Shown: one piece after another, positions 19,451 to 29,187 of the stretch
Layout: every line of letters starts with the position of its first letter
Position numbering within the stretch: the first letter of the stretch is position 1
Assembly (NCBI GenBank): GCA_965199825.1
Contig: OZ241329.1
Location: 2,528,001-2,592,000, forward strand
Length of the DNA stretch: 64,000 nucleotides
Direction of reading: 5' to 3'
Source: Bdellovibrionales bacterium
GTDB lineage: Bacteria > Bdellovibrionota > Bdellovibrionia > Bdellovibrionales > UBA1609
Program-made: the position numbers and the translations under genes
Notes under the pieces: generated by a model
Seen by the model: the letters and a program-made list of their open reading frames with translations, nothing else
Database searches by the model: none
Told to the model about the DNA's origin: nothing

Positions 19451-20751
19451 CGCGGCTCGGCGGAACGCAACTCTTTTAGAACTTCGACCGCATGACTAAG
19501 AGAAATTCTTTTTTTAATTTCCAAGATTTCTTCTAGTCGTTTTTGAACAAATGGAATTTCGGATTCGCTTGCGCCAGCCCCAAGACTTAGATTTTTAATG
19601 TGCAATTTCATGTGGCCTTCGATAATTCCAACCGTGGTCAACGCGCGAAGTGCACCCAAATTTTGCACAAGCCCCACCGCTGCACAAATGCGCGAAAGAT
19701 GTTCTGCACTCTCGACTCCCAACATTTTAAGACAAATGCGAGCAATGGGGTGAAGTTTGGTCACTCCTCCCACAAGTCCCACCACAATCGGAGCAGTGAT
19801 CACTCCAACCAAGTCTTCCCCATCTTTTTTCCATTGCGTGATGCTGCGGTACTGCCCACTCTGACAGGCATAAGCATGAAGACCCGCTTCCACCGCACGC
19901 CAGTCATTGCCCGTAGCAATTAAAATTGGATCTATTCCGTTGAGCACACCTTTATTGTTTGTGGCCGCTCGATAGGGATCAATCTCTGAAAAATAAGAAG
20001 CCTCAACAATGCGTTCAATGAGATCAGCATCAAGCCCCGACATTCGTACTTCGGCTCGGGTCAGTTTTGTATCGACCAGATTTGAAAGTATACACATCGT
20101 GACCGTTTCGCCCGTGAGCTCTTCGATCGGATGTTTTAAAAATTCACAAACCTGATTCATGATGTTGGCACCCATAGCATCACAGGGGTCGCACAAAACA
20201 TGGAGCACACCCATCTGGAGTTGGTCATGTCGGTCAAGCAAACGGAGATGAATGTCATTGACTCCGCCTCCGCGATTGACCATTCCGACTGCGACTTCTT
20301 TGTTCGCAAGGGCAATTAGATTTTGTTTATGCTCATTGATTTTGGCCAAAAAGTTTTGTGGATTTTTGAGTTTGGAAATTTGAATTTGACCAATGATCGA
20401 ATGTCCAAGTGATGAGGTTGTGATCGCGCCGTGCTCTTTGATCCACTTTGCGGTTTTACTCGCAGCCGCGATAATCGAAGTCTCTTCAACCGCCATCGGA
20501 ATCGTCAAAGCCTTACCATCGATCACAAAATTGGTCGCCACACCCAAGGGCAATTGAAAGCTACCAATCACATTTTCGATAAATTTATCGGCCAGCTCAG
20601 GCTCAAGAGTATAAGAATTTAAGAAACTCACATCGTCTTGGCTTAAAGCACCAATCGAAATCAAACGCTGAAAACGCTCATCACGATCCAGCTTTGAAAA
20701 TCCAGAAAACGCCGCATGCATTGCTTGATTTAAGTCTTCAGCCATCGCCAT
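19447..20751 (-). CDS. mvaA: Class II HMG-CoA reductase
   Basis: ENVIG, PMAVEETSIIAA, DAMGAN, AATNNKG, GHMKLH. Confidence 0.93.
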   Translation of the reverse strand: MAMAEDLNQAMHAAFSGFSKLDRDERFQRLISIGALSQDDVSFLNSYTLEPELADKFIENVIGSFQLPLGVATNFVIDGKALTIPMAVEETSIIAAASKTAKWIKEHGAITTSSLGHSIIGQIQISKLKNPQNFLAKINEHKQNLIALANKEVAVGMVNRGGGVNDIHLRLLDRHDQLQMGVLHVLCDPCDAMGANIMNQVCEFLKHPIEELTGETVTMCILSNLVDTKLTRAEVRMSGLDADLIERIVEASYFSEIDPYRAATNNKGVLNGIDPILIATGNDWRAVEAGLHAYACQSGQYRSITQWKKDGEDLVGVITAPIVVGLVGGVTKLHPIARICLKMLGVESAEHLSRICAAVGLVQNLGALRALTTVGIIEGHMKLHIKNLSLGAGASESEIPFVQKRLEEILEIKKRISLSHAVEVLKELRSAEPR

Positions 20752-21764
20752 AGTCCTTTTTGTCGCAGGTCATTGATGCTTTCGCTTCCGGTACAAAACA
20801 TCGCGCATCGCAGTTCAAACTCAATCCGCTCCATCACAAATTCTAATTCACCAGCAAGTGCAGCTTTGAGTAAAGGTTGCGCAAATCCAACCAGACTTGC
20901 ACCCATTGCCAAAAGTTTTGCGGCATCAAGGCCTGAGCGCACTCCGCCCGATCCCCAAATTTCAAATGGGAGATCTTGCTCTACAGCAAGCAATAAGGAG
21001 TCCACAGTGGAGATTCCCCAGTGACTAAATTCATCGGCAGCTTGTGAACGGATTTTATCTGTGGCAGCACGATCGCCTTCGATGCGGCCCCAATGAGTCC
21101 CACCAAAACCGCTGATGTCCACAGCCGCAATTCCAGAATTTTTGAGGCGCGCCAAAGTTTGCGTACTAAATCCACAACCGGTTTCTTTAAGCACAACCGG
21201 AACTTTCAGTTCTCGAGCGATCTTTTCAAGAGCTTGAAGACCGCCTTTAAAAGAGGGGGTCCCTTCAGGCTGCAAACACTCTTGCAACGGATTGGTATGA
21301 ACAATCAATGCGAGGGCTTCGAGATTATCAACCAAGGCTTGAATACTTTGAGTTTTTGTTTTGATCAGTTGGGTGAGCCCCACATTGGCCAAGAGATGCG
21401 CCCGTGGGCAATCTTTTCGAACCGCCCGCCACTCACTCGAGGCTTCGGGATCATTGAGCTCTCGACGTTGCGAACCGACTCCCATTAACCAACCGCGGGA
21501 TTGAGCAGCAAATGCCAATCGCCGATTGAGTTCTTGTGACTCTGTATGACCTGCGGTCATTGAGCTAATCAAAAACGGTGTCAAAATTTGAGTTTCGAGC
21601 ACCGAAGTTTTTAAAGATATTTGGGTAAAATCAAGATCTGGGAGCGCTTCGTGCCACAGTCCAATGGAATCCAAGCCGCTCAATCCTGCGGCTTGGTTTT
21701 TTGGGTCTAATGCGAATCGAATATGATCCTGCTTTCGACTCTCAAATTGTGCTGTGGACTCCAA
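20730..21764 (-). CDS. fni: Type 2 isopentenyl-diphosphate isomerase
   Basis: RKQDHI, SMTAG, GVGSQR, NPLQE..QPEG, KETGCG, GGTHW. Confidence 0.95.
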   Translation of the reverse strand: MESTAQFESRKQDHIRFALDPKNQAAGLSGLDSIGLWHEALPDLDFTQISLKTSVLETQILTPFLISSMTAGHTESQELNRRLAFAAQSRGWLMGVGSQRRELNDPEASSEWRAVRKDCPRAHLLANVGLTQLIKTKTQSIQALVDNLEALALIVHTNPLQECLQPEGTPSFKGGLQALEKIARELKVPVVLKETGCGFSTQTLARLKNSGIAAVDISGFGGTHWGRIEGDRAATDKIRSQAADEFSHWGISTVDSLLLAVEQDLPFEIWGSGGVRSGLDAAKLLAMGASLVGFAQPLLKAALAGELEFVMERIEFELRCAMFCTGSESINDLRQKGLWRWLKT

Positions 21765-21772
21765 GCCACTCC

Positions 21773-22123
21773 TTAAACGGTGGGTAAAACCTGACGAACA
21801 AGCGCAGAAAATCCTGCCTCATCTCGAACGGCCATATCCGCCAAAACTTTTCGATCGAGTTCAATGTTCGCTTTTTTGAGTGCTCCCATCAAACGTGAAT
21901 AGGAAGTTCCATTCAATCGAGCTGCCGCGTTGATTCTTTGTGTCCATAAAACCCGGAATAAGCGCTTTCGCACTTTTCGGTCACGGTACATGTACACCAT
22001 TGCACGATCAGTTTTTTCAACCGCATGCGTGTAGGCACGTGAGCCTGCAGAATAAAATCCACTTGCTCGTTCACGAACTTTTTTATGTCGTTTTCTATTT
22101 GTAAAGCCGCCTTTAACTCTCAT
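21773..22123 (-). CDS. rplT: 50S ribosomal protein L20
   Basis: MRVKGG, YRDRK..KR.FR.LW..RINAAAR, LDRKVLADMA. Confidence 0.97.
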   Translation of the reverse strand: MRVKGGFTNRKRHKKVRERASGFYSAGSRAYTHAVEKTDRAMVYMYRDRKVRKRLFRVLWTQRINAAARLNGTSYSRLMGALKKANIELDRKVLADMAVRDEAGFSALVRQVLPTV

Positions 22124-22133
22124 CGCATACTCC

Positions 22134-22325
22134 TTAAAGGCCTAACAGGCGTTCGGTTTGATATGTATTGGCAGAATGCACATATCGGGTTTTTCCTAGA
22201 TGCCGTTTGCGTTTTGATGCTTTGTTGACAAGCAAATGCCGGCGCCCGCGGGGCTTCATCTTAATCTTACCGCCACCAGTCACGCGAAAGCGCTTTTTGG
22301 CGGAAGAGTGGGTCTTCATCTTCAC
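22134..22325 (-). CDS. rpmI: 50S ribosomal protein L35
   Basis: [19 protein letters not shown]. Confidence 0.97.
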   Translation of the reverse strand: MKMKTHSSAKKRFRVTGGGKIKMKPRGRRHLLVNKASKRKRHLGKTRYVHSANTYQTERLLGL

Positions 22326-22439
22326 TTGGATTCCCTTTTCTTATCGGGCGTCGCGAGCTCAATTGCCCGCGTGCTTTTTTGGCCACGATGAGTTGATTCA
22401 AAATGCTTACTTTAAACAGTCAAGAGGATCAAGCAACTT

Positions 22440-22562
22440 CGGGCGCCACTCCGATTCCACCGGCACGGTGTCCTTGCCTCTGCAAAATCGGCGATCGGCA
22501 TCGTGCCGATCGGCCCTTCGGGCTTTCCGATTTTGAGGCCGATGGAATCGGAGTGCCGCCCG
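22440..22562 (+). repeat. Structured REP/ncRNA-like element, copy A
   Basis: Nested stems CACTCCGATTCCA/TGGAATCGGAGTG, AAAATCGG/CCGATTTT and CGATCGGCA-TCG-TGCCGATCG; inverted homolog at 22749-22884. Confidence 0.8.
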
Positions 22563-22748
22563 GTCCCGTTTTGGCTTTGTGTTTAACGGCATGGTTTCAA
22601 ATTTGGAAATGAGGGCTAAACAAAAGTTATGTTGCAGGAAAAAATGATCTTTAGGATCGATCGCACGAACACGACTCAATCACAGATAAAGCATAAAAAA
22701 ATCTAAGGATTCACTTTCACCGTATGGACCGCGAAGCCAAAGTTGAGA

Positions 22749-22884
22749 GCGCGGCTTTGGTGGAGTCGACCTCAAAATCGGGAAGCCCAGCCCGTGGGGC
22801 CAAAAACCAGGGCGATCGGCACGATGCCGATCGCCGATTTTGTAGAGGCATGGATGCCGTGTCGACGCAACCAATGCCAAGCGC
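22749..22884 (-). repeat. Structured REP/ncRNA-like element, copy B (inverted relative to A)
   Basis: 30-nt identity with A (22813-22842 vs 22483-22512); outer stem differs in sequence but still pairs; starts right after the infC stop. Confidence 0.8.
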
Positions 22885-22885
22885 C

Positions 22886-23530
22886 TTATTCTTCTTCTTC
22901 GTCTTCGACAGTCTCAGCCTTAGGTTTAGGCGGAGTAATCTTATGAAGCTTTTGATATTCTTTGATCTTTACAGCGTCCGGCCCGAGCAGCACAAACATC
23001 TGTCGACCTTCCATCTTAGGCGGCGACTCAACAGTCGCAAGTGGCAACAGCTCTTTCATCACCCGCTTTAAAAGCTCATGACCAAATTCTTGATGGGCCA
23101 TTTCGCGTCCCGAAAAACGCATATTGAATTTTACTTTATCGCCTTCCATCAAAAACATTTTGGCTTGGCGAAGTTTCACATCCAAATCGTGATCGTCGGT
23201 GCGGGGTCGGATTTGAAGTTCTTTGATCGAAATGACGGTTTGTTTTTTCTTGGCAGCCGCAGCCTTTTTTTTGTTTTCATACTTCCACTTGCCGTAATCC
23301 ATGATTTTGCAGGTGGGTGGCTTTGCGGTGGGAGCAATTTCAATCAGATCGAGGCCGCGAGACTCAGCAATTCCTAAAGCTTCGCGAGGTGACATCACAC
23401 CAAGCATAGTGCCTTTTTCATCGATTAAGCGAACTTCGGGACACATGATATCGCGGTTGACTCGAAAGCCGTCGTCTTTTTTTGGGCGTTTGCCAAAGCG
23501 ACTGTTGGGTCCTGATTTAAATTCTCGAAT
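22886..23530 (-). CDS. infC: Translation initiation factor IF-3 (ATT start)
   Basis: VRLID, GLDLIEIAP, CKIMDYGKWKY, GDKVK..F.GRE; AGGAGG 6 nt before an in-frame ATT at 23530. Confidence 0.95.
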   Translation of the reverse strand: MREFKSGPNSRFGKRPKKDDGFRVNRDIMCPEVRLIDEKGTMLGVMSPREALGIAESRGLDLIEIAPTAKPPTCKIMDYGKWKYENKKKAAAAKKKQTVISIKELQIRPRTDDHDLDVKLRQAKMFLMEGDKVKFNMRFSGREMAHQEFGHELLKRVMKELLPLATVESPPKMEGRQMFVLLGPDAVKIKEYQKLHKITPPKPKAETVEDEEEE

Positions 23531-23545
23531 GGGAGTCCTCCTGGT

Positions 23546-25489
23546 TTAATTGACCTCAAGAAATGGGCTGCGTAATTTTCGTTCCGCGATTTCTTGAGTC
23601 AGTGTTGTTATAAATTGATTTACATCAAGTCCATTTTTATTTTGGCCATTGCTTAATCTTACAGAAACTTGGCCATTATCTTTTTCGTTATCACCGATAA
23701 TTAGCATGTACGGAATTTTTCTAAGCTGGGCTTCTCTAATTTTAAATCCCAATTTTTCGCCGCGAATATCTAACTCCGAACGAAATCCCGCAGCCTTGAA
23801 CTGATCGTGAATCTGTTTGACGTAATCCTCTTGGCGTTCGGTCACGTTCATCACCACCATTTGTACCGGCGAAAGCCATGTGGGCAAATGGCCCGCAGTG
23901 TGCTCAAGGTACACTCCGATAAACCGCTCGATAGATCCCAAGATCGCGCGATGAAGCATCACGGGTTGATGAGCCTTGTTGTCCTCACCCGTAAATTCGA
24001 GAGTAAATGCTTTTGGTAGATTAAAATCCACCTGTAAGGTCCCAAGCTGCCATGGCCGATCAATCGCATCGACAAACATAATATCTAATTTGGGGCCATA
24101 AAAAGCGCCGTCACCGGGATTGAGAGTGTAAGGCAAATTTAATTTTTCGAGAGCCTCTTTCAAAGCGCCTTCGGATTGATCCCAAACTTGATCTTCACCC
24201 ATCCGTTTTTCGGGGCGAGTGGACAGAAAAATTTTGTAGCTCGAAAGTCCAAGCTGCGAATAGATCTCGGAGAGCATGGTCATAAAACTTTGAATCTCGG
24301 TCATCAGTTGCTCGAGAGTACAAAAAATATGGGCATCATCTTGGCAAAATGTTCGAACCCGTGTGAGGCCATGAAGTGCGCCACTGCGTTCATAACGATG
24401 AAGCCGTCCAAAATCGGCAATGCGCCAAGGAAGATCACGATAACTGCGCTTGTCTGATCCATAAAGTAAACAATGGCCGGGGCAGTTCATAGGTTTCATT
24501 ACAAAGTCGCGCTCGTCGATTTTGGTCACATACATATTTTCGACGTAGTTGCTGACATGGCCCGATTGCTTAAAAAGTTCGATATCAAAAAGTTGAGGTG
24601 TGATCACTTCGTTGTAATCATATTTGCGATACATCGCTCGCATGTAGCTCTGAAGTTCATTGTAAATCACCGCACCCTTAGGAGTAAAGAACGGTCCCCC
24701 AGGAGCAAGCGGATGAAAGGTATAAAGCTGAAGATCTTTTCCGAGTTTTCGGTGGTCGCGCTTTTTGGCTTCTTCAAGATTTTTTAAATATTGATCAAGT
24801 TCTTTTTTATCATTGAATGCGGTGGCATAAATTCTTTGCAGCTGAGCTTTTTTTTCGTCTCCACGCCAGTAGGCACCAGCAAGTGACAAAACTTTTATGG
24901 CTTTAATTTGGGATAAACGCTGCACATGAGGGCCGCGACACAAATCAAACCACTCACCTTGCCGATAGATACTCACCTCTGGCACATCAAGATCTTTGAT
25001 GATCTCAACTTTAAAGCGCTCACCCATTTGTTCAAATGTGCTCACCGCTTTTTCAGAAGGCCATACCTCGTGGGTGACCTCAAGATCGCGCGCGATGATC
25101 TCTTTCATTTTAAGTTCGATGCGCTCAAGATCTTCCGGTGTAAAAGGCTTTTCGGAATCAAAATCGTAATAAAATCCATTTTCGATAATGGGACCGATGG
25201 TCACTTTGATTTCGGGCCAAATCTCTTGCACCGCTTGAGCCATCACATGAGCTGCAGTATGGCGAATGACTTCAACAGATTCTGTTTGTGAGGTGGTAAC
25301 AATTTTTAATTGAGTGCCGTCTTTGAGTTTGGTGCGCACATCAACGATATCTTTGGCACCATTGAGCTGAGCGCCCACCGCATCCTTGGCCAAACGTGGG
25401 CCAATTTTTTTGGCAACATCGAGCACCGTCGGCTCGAAGTCGAAATGGTGTGCAGATTGATCTGGAAGGAGGATTGTGACAGCTGCCAT
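23546..25489 (-). CDS. thrS: Threonyl-tRNA synthetase
   Basis: DLCRGPHV, RDHRKLG, KPMNCPGH, GAFYGPKLD, HRAILGSIERF. Confidence 0.98.
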   Translation of the reverse strand: MAAVTILLPDQSAHHFDFEPTVLDVAKKIGPRLAKDAVGAQLNGAKDIVDVRTKLKDGTQLKIVTTSQTESVEVIRHTAAHVMAQAVQEIWPEIKVTIGPIIENGFYYDFDSEKPFTPEDLERIELKMKEIIARDLEVTHEVWPSEKAVSTFEQMGERFKVEIIKDLDVPEVSIYRQGEWFDLCRGPHVQRLSQIKAIKVLSLAGAYWRGDEKKAQLQRIYATAFNDKKELDQYLKNLEEAKKRDHRKLGKDLQLYTFHPLAPGGPFFTPKGAVIYNELQSYMRAMYRKYDYNEVITPQLFDIELFKQSGHVSNYVENMYVTKIDERDFVMKPMNCPGHCLLYGSDKRSYRDLPWRIADFGRLHRYERSGALHGLTRVRTFCQDDAHIFCTLEQLMTEIQSFMTMLSEIYSQLGLSSYKIFLSTRPEKRMGEDQVWDQSEGALKEALEKLNLPYTLNPGDGAFYGPKLDIMFVDAIDRPWQLGTLQVDFNLPKAFTLEFTGEDNKAHQPVMLHRAILGSIERFIGVYLEHTAGHLPTWLSPVQMVVMNVTERQEDYVKQIHDQFKAAGFRSELDIRGEKLGFKIREAQLRKIPYMLIIGDNEKDNGQVSVRLSNGQNKNGLDVNQFITTLTQEIAERKLRSPFLEVN

Positions 25490-25560
25490 CAGATTTAAGA
25501 ATTAAAAACAAACTTCATCGAAAGGGATCTTACACAATCGTTGGCAAATATCAAACCTTT

Positions 25561-26760
25561 TCAATAGACCACGTGATGATGAAGGGCCTCATCTAGGCGA
25601 GGGTCGCGTATAGCGACCACACTGTGACGTGATAAAAAGTTTGAGACCATAAAAATAAAGCTACCCAAAAAGAGTAAAAACGCCGACACTTCGGGAATCC
25701 CAAACACTATCTCGTGTTCATTCATGCTGGGATAGGTCAGCCAAAACAAATCGACATACTCCATAACCAAAATCAGAACTGAGATCACAACCAAATGTGA
25801 CGAACTGCGCTTAGCCCAACGTGGAAGAAGAGCAAAGAACGGCACAATAAAGCGAAAGATTAAAAGCGCAAGACTCACGAGCACCCATGGCCCCTCGGAG
25901 CGCGGCAAGAAAAAAGTGGTCTCTTCGGGAAGGTTTGCATACCACATCAACATGTACTGGCTAAACGCGATGTAGGCCCAAAACACAGTAAAGGCGAAAA
26001 GGAATTTTGCCAGATCATGAATATGTTCCTCGGTCACAAAACCTTTGAGCTGATTTTTCATCATAATGGCCATGATAATCACAACAGCCATGGTCGCTTG
26101 AAACAATCCGCTAAAACAATAAACACCATAGATCGTCGAGAACCAATGGGGCTCAAGACTCATCAAAAGATCGATCGAAAAAAATGAATAGCTCAAAGCA
26201 AAAAGTAAAATAAAACCGATAGCAGTCTTTACCGATTTTATAGTGAGCTGAGGATCACCCGTTTTATCTTGCTCGGTAGATCGGCCCACAAGCACTTTTG
26301 AAAAATAAAGCCAGATGCCAAAAAATAAAATGCTGCGAACCCAAAAGAAAGTTTGATTGAGATAGCCCGCCTTATGCTGAAGCATTTCGTCTTTGGCCAC
26401 TTCGGCAGCGTTTAGCCATTCATACAAATGTTTTGCACCGAAAACCATAAACACGATCATCGCAACCGCTGCAAAAGGTAAAAATGCGGTGAGTGATTCG
26501 CAAAGCCTGCGGATGGTCACACTCCAACCTGCACTTGTCACATGTTGAAGGCAGGTAAAAAATAATCCGCCCAGACTTAAGGATACAAAATAAAACAGAG
26601 GTACAAGATAGGCATACCAAGCGCGATGTTGATCGCTACTTAATGAAAATAAAAATCCAGCAAGTCCTAAAAACATCAAGACTGCGGTGATGGTTTTAAT
26701 CTGCGCTGGAATGACAAGCGGTCCTGGAGAATTTAATTTTTTGATTTCAGTAGCCGACAT
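25561..26760 (-). CDS. actF: Alternative complex III subunit ActF
   Basis: DLLMSLEPHWFSTIYG, FWAYIAFSQYMLMWYANLPEE; start MSATE coupled to the actE stop (TAATG). Confidence 0.88.
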   Translation of the reverse strand: MSATEIKKLNSPGPLVIPAQIKTITAVLMFLGLAGFLFSLSSDQHRAWYAYLVPLFYFVSLSLGGLFFTCLQHVTSAGWSVTIRRLCESLTAFLPFAAVAMIVFMVFGAKHLYEWLNAAEVAKDEMLQHKAGYLNQTFFWVRSILFFGIWLYFSKVLVGRSTEQDKTGDPQLTIKSVKTAIGFILLFALSYSFFSIDLLMSLEPHWFSTIYGVYCFSGLFQATMAVVIIMAIMMKNQLKGFVTEEHIHDLAKFLFAFTVFWAYIAFSQYMLMWYANLPEETTFFLPRSEGPWVLVSLALLIFRFIVPFFALLPRWAKRSSSHLVVISVLILVMEYVDLFWLTYPSMNEHEIVFGIPEVSAFLLFLGSFIFMVSNFLSRHSVVAIRDPRLDEALHHHVVY

Positions 26761-27314
26761 TAATTTCCTCCAGCGGATTTCTTTTGCATCGATCGCACAT
26801 AATTGACAATGGCCCAACGCTCTTTTTCGGTATGAATTTGGGTGGCATACATGCCCATCAAACCCTGACCATACGTGATGATGTGAAAGATGCGACCATC
26901 TTTATGAGTTTTAATTTTTTCAGACAAGAGTGAAGGCGGCTTGATCAACATTTTGGGCGCCACAATTCCGTCGCCCACCAAATTGGGCCCGTGGCACATA
27001 ATACAAAATGTTTCGTAGCGCGTTTTGCCTAAGTTTAAAATTTCTGGAGACATGTCGCCCGCATATGGATTTTTGATTTTCTCATTTGCGGCAAGAGCAT
27101 CGTTTTTATAAGGGACAAATTTAAATCCAATCGGATTGGTGTGCTCTGGAGGATAAAAGTTTGCCAGCATACCAGGACGATCTGGATCCCAGTCTTGGGC
27201 TTTGACATTAATCTGATCCATCATGTCTTGGATCAATTCGATATTAGTCTGATTTTTTGATCCATTACAAGCCGTCAACAACATGGCGGCGATGAATAAA
27301 CTAAAGCCCTTCAT
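26760..27314 (-). CDS. actE: Alternative complex III monoheme cytochrome c lipoprotein ActE
   Basis: Lipobox LTAC, CIMCH, ERWAIVNYVR. Confidence 0.88.
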   Translation of the reverse strand: MKGFSLFIAAMLLTACNGSKNQTNIELIQDMMDQINVKAQDWDPDRPGMLANFYPPEHTNPIGFKFVPYKNDALAANEKIKNPYAGDMSPEILNLGKTRYETFCIMCHGPNLVGDGIVAPKMLIKPPSLLSEKIKTHKDGRIFHIITYGQGLMGMYATQIHTEKERWAIVNYVRSMQKKSAGGN

Positions 27315-27317
27315 GAC

Positions 27318-27833
27318 TTAAAACTCCGTTTTCTTAATTTCCTGCGCGCCCAATTCCTGAAAGAGTTTTTCGATATTTTGGGCGTTGTAGGACACATCAT
27401 CTTCGGGAACAAACAATCCAAATTTGTGCGAGGTCAATGCAGGATCAATAATTGGCGGGTCAATTTTGGGAAGGCCACAAATCGCAAAAAGGGCACCCAC
27501 CGATGTGAGCGCTGCAAATAGAATGGTGCACTCAAATACTACAGGAATAAATGCGGGCAAACTCCACATTGGTTTTCCACCAACGATAATTGGCCAGTCC
27601 ACAGCCGAAGCCCACCATGTAAACCAAAGTCCAAAGGCGCATCCCGCAAGGCCTGCCACAAATGTGATCCAAGGAATAAACGAGCGTGGGATACCCATTG
27701 CTTCATCAATCCCGTGAAGTGGAAAGGGAGAGATCGCTTCAAACTTTTTAAATCCAGCTTCGCGTGTACGGCGAGCTGCTTCAACAAATTCGTGTTCATC
27801 CAGCCAGAGGCCTGCAATTCCTTTTTTAACCAT
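27318..27833 (-). CDS. actD: Alternative complex III subunit ActD (DUF3341)
   Basis: [33 protein letters not shown]; probable start MVKK. Confidence 0.88.
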   Translation of the reverse strand: MVKKGIAGLWLDEHEFVEAARRTREAGFKKFEAISPFPLHGIDEAMGIPRSFIPWITFVAGLAGCAFGLWFTWWASAVDWPIIVGGKPMWSLPAFIPVVFECTILFAALTSVGALFAICGLPKIDPPIIDPALTSHKFGLFVPEDDVSYNAQNIEKLFQELGAQEIKKTEF

Positions 27834-29187
27834 GTTGATCCTCACCTTCTTTACCGAACCTCAGTACGGGTTTTATTTCTGCAATCGAAATCGCAGGAAG
27901 GGTGCGAATGTAGAGCATAAAAATAAGTAAGAACATGCCAAAACTTCCAAACAGCGCACCAAAATCATACATGGTCATACGAAACATTCCCCAGTTTGAG
28001 GGAAGAAAATCGCGATGTAGACTTGTGACCACAATCACAAACCGCTCAAACCACATTCCGATATTGACGAAAATGCTAATCACAAACATCACCGGAATAC
28101 TGCGACGAATTTTTTTAGACCAAAACAACTGAGGAATGATCACATTGCAAGTGACCATAATCCAATACGCCCAAGCATAGGGCCCAAAGGCACGATTCAA
28201 AAACACAAAGCCTTCATAAGGAGACCCTGAGTACCATGCGATAAAGAATTCAGATCCATAGGCATAACCCACCATCATCCCTGTGGTCATGATGATCTTA
28301 TTCATCGCTTCCATATGATCAAGAGTGACGTAGTCTTTAAACTTGGGCACAAAAATGCGTACCAAAGTCATCAAGGTCACAACCATTCCAAAGCCCGAAA
28401 AAATCGCACCGGCAACAAAGTAAGGTGGAAAAATCGTGGTGTGCCATCCCGGAAGTTGAGCCACCGCAAAATCAAACGAAACGATCGAGTGAACAGACAA
28501 AACCAGTGGAGTCGAAAGGCCTGCGAGCAACATATAAACCATTTCGTAATGATTCCAGTTGCGTGCGGTCCCTCTCCAACCGAGTGACAAAGCACCGTAG
28601 ATCAAACGGCGAATTTTATTTCTCGCACGATCTCTAACGGTTGCTAAGTCAGGAACAAGTCCCACATACCAAAACACCGCTGAGACTGTGGCATAGGTCG
28701 ATACCGCGAACACATCCCAAACAAGGGGCGATCTGAAATTCACCCAAAGAGGTCCACGTTGGTTGGGATAAGGCAAAAGCCAATAAGCAATCCAAGGTCG
28801 ACCGGTGTGAAGAATCGGAAAAAGTCCTGCGGTCATGACCGCAAATACAGTCATCGCCTCAGCGGTGCGGGCAATCGAAGTCCGCCATTTTTGGCGAAAC
28901 AAAAAGAGCACTGCAGAAATCAAAGTTCCCGCGTGACCAATCCCAATCCAAAACACAAAGGTGATAATGTCTGTTCCCCACATTACCGGATGGGTCACAC
29001 CCATTAAGCCCATTCCCACTGCGACAATTGCTGTCATGCAGGCGATGTAGAGCAGAAACAAAACATTGATTCCCATCAGCGCGGTCCAATACCGCGGCCC
29101 AGGAATTTGTTCGATCAATTCACAGATGTCGTCTGTGACATCTTTATAAGTCTTATTTCCTAAGACTAATGGGTTGCGCTTTATCAT
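27826..29187 (-). CDS. actC: Alternative complex III NrfD-like subunit ActC
   Basis: [49 protein letters not shown]. Confidence 0.93.
   Translation of the reverse strand: MIKRNPLVLGNKTYKDVTDDICELIEQIPGPRYWTALMGINVLFLLYIACMTAIVAVGMGLMGVTHPVMWGTDIITFVFWIGIGHAGTLISAVLFLFRQKWRTSIARTAEAMTVFAVMTAGLFPILHTGRPWIAYWLLPYPNQRGPLWVNFRSPLVWDVFAVSTYATVSAVFWYVGLVPDLATVRDRARNKIRRLIYGALSLGWRGTARNWNHYEMVYMLLAGLSTPLVLSVHSIVSFDFAVAQLPGWHTTIFPPYFVAGAIFSGFGMVVTLMTLVRIFVPKFKDYVTLDHMEAMNKIIMTTGMMVGYAYGSEFFIAWYSGSPYEGFVFLNRAFGPYAWAYWIMVTCNVIIPQLFWSKKIRRSIPVMFVISIFVNIGMWFERFVIVVTSLHRDFLPSNWGMFRMTMYDFGALFGSFGMFLLIFMLYIRTLPAISIAEIKPVLRFGKEGEDQHG

Noticed and set aside
22492..22512. Link between the hairpin core ATCGTGCC and the HNH-associated motif TCGTGCCCGC
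   Set aside because: Only 7-8 nt are shared and the context differs (palindrome vs direct repeat); cannot be distinguished from chance.
22403..23071. Short ORFs sharing KIGDRHRADRP / DRHDADRRFCRG peptides
   Set aside because: They are translations of the inverted structured repeats, not genes.
25490..25560. T-box or long thrS leader
   Set aside because: Only about 70 bp are available and no T-box motif is visible.
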